Shown: piece after piece, positions 62,452 to 64,000 of the stretch | Numbering within the stretch: position 1 is the first letter of the stretch | Layout: each line of letters begins with the position of its first letter | From: Glaucostegus cemiculus | Taxonomy: Eukaryota | Length of the DNA: 64,000 bases | Direction of reading: 5' to 3' | Assembly (NCBI GenBank): GCA_976551045.1 | Contig: CDPCPM010000275.1 | Coordinates: 3,534,001-3,598,000 of the forward strand | The notes under the pieces: generated by a model | Told to the model about the DNA's origin: nothing | The model's database searches: none | Seen by the model: only the letters and a program-made list of their open reading frames with translations | Program-made: the position numbers and the translations under genes

Positions 62452-64000
62452 TTGTTTAAGATGTGGTCTATTCTATGACAGATTGTGGAAAAAAAAGATC
62501 ATTACTGGTTTAATTTGGCATTTTAGGCAATGCTGTAAAATATTCCCACTGCCGTTCCGTGTTTAGTTCAACTGCAGAAAGTGTCCAGATAATTTTCAGC
62601 TTAAAGGCAGACTTGTAGTTGGCAAGCTAGACTGACTAAGTTCTAGCTGTTTGAAAAAAAATTGATATGTTTTTATCTGTGGCAAGCAGGCATTGCAATC
62701 TAGCCAACATATTTTTTGAGTGCATAACAAGTAATTGTTCTGCTCCATGTTGCAGCCATTGATCTTTAGAATGCAAACTGAATCCAGATGAATGGTTGTT
62801 TACTTGGGGAAGTGCTTTGTTAATTGCCACCCTCCTAGTTTGTTACACATTTAGATTGGTGTGTCTAAATGAGAGTGAGAGAGAGAGAGATTGTGACTGT
62901 TAGGCAGCCGTTCAAACAGAAGTTTTGTTTCTTTCTCATTTAAAGACGCAGCTAGTGACTGGTAATCTGAGTTACCCAGGGTATTGTAAATTGTAAAACA
63001 AAGACTCACGATAGCCATGAGACATGTATTCTGAGTTTTGCATTTCTGGATCAGTGTTTTAAGCTTAGGGCCTTCCTTCTGTCCACCAGACCTTGCATAC
63101 TGATATTCAAACCAATTGAGGAAACATTTATTCCCTTTGCTACTGTAGCACATCATCCAAAAAGAAACAGGGAATTCCAACTGTCATGTGGCTAGCTGGC
63201 AGTGCTGGGCAATATCAGGTATGACTTGCAACTTTAAAATAAAATGGGTAATATCATATTTAGAAAATAGTTTTATGTCTGATTTTCACATAACGTGGCT
63301 GGCAATTTTCCTTTCGACTAAGTGATATCAGGGTAATGCTCAGAATTCTTGATATACAGAACAGATAGATTGATATAACCAGGAGATGCCATTACAGCTA
63401 GAAGTATGTCTTTGGCAACCATATTTGTTCTCTAAGGCAAACTTCTAAACCTTTGAGGACCAACAAAGTTTTTCGATATATGTGTTTGTTTTCTACAAGA
63501 TCACCCACCTCCCACAATGGATTGAAATGATTGAAACTGTATCTTACTTCAATTCAATTTGGAACAGTATGTACAAAATTATACTTCTGTTCTCACAGAA
63601 AAAAGTGAACATTTTGAATGGCCTTTTATTTGTCAGAGAATAATACATCTTTTTTGAAAAAATATAATATTCAGGTTTATTATTGTACTTTATCATCGAA
63701 AATATGTTTATATTGCTTGGTAATACTTCTTCCATTTTATTGATTTAGTTGTCATCTACTCACTGAAAGGCCCTTCACAAGATATCATTCAACCTTTGCA
63801 ATAGTGTCTTCCATTTATCAGAACCTACATGCTTCTTAAAACTGGCTACGGCTTGAATCATATGAGTCAGATTTGAGTCCATGAGGTGCCATCTCAGTTC
63901 AAAATGCTTCACTGCATTTTAAACAAACTTGGGAAATGGTTCTTTGTTCTTACTCCCTTCTGCAAATGGACTGAGTAGGTGTGTGTCTGTGTATGTGTCC

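Noticed and set aside
20240-64000. Next ERC exon (QEALLAAISEKDANIALLELS...)
   Set aside because: Not found by eye. The near match acag|atgcaaatatt at ~24649 does not continue as ERC sequence. The exon probably lies beyond the window.

Overview
This is AT-rich vertebrate genomic DNA, almost certainly from a cartilaginous fish (shark/ray-type CR1, Rex1/Babar, V-SINE/HE1-like and DeuSINE repeats). The whole window lies inside one large + strand gene of the ELKS/CAST active-zone family, most likely ERC2. Only two coding exons are visible: a 132-nt frame-preserving exon (9211-9342) and a 161-nt exon (20079-20239). The rest is intron, and I could not find the next exon (QEALLAAISEKDANIALLE...) in the remaining ~43.7 kb. 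The introns hold layered transposons: CR1, L2, Rex1/Babar, RTE, a Tigger/pogo fossil and tRNA-derived SINEs. Nearly all ORFs in the supplied track are TE remnants or noise. The main observations are: (1) a young CR1 with an uninterrupted RT frame and a 5' inversion of twin-priming geometry (49818-52323); (2) a family of ~200-bp palindromic elements, probably Penelope-derived, whose centres carry degenerate minimal hammerhead-ribozyme cores, one with an 8-bp TSD; (3) an RBFOX motif overlapping the weak donor of the 132-nt exon; (4) candidate conserved non-coding elements. I cannot support a wholly new gene system. All family assignments come from recalled motifs, not database searches, and repeat boundaries are approximate unless junctions are quoted.
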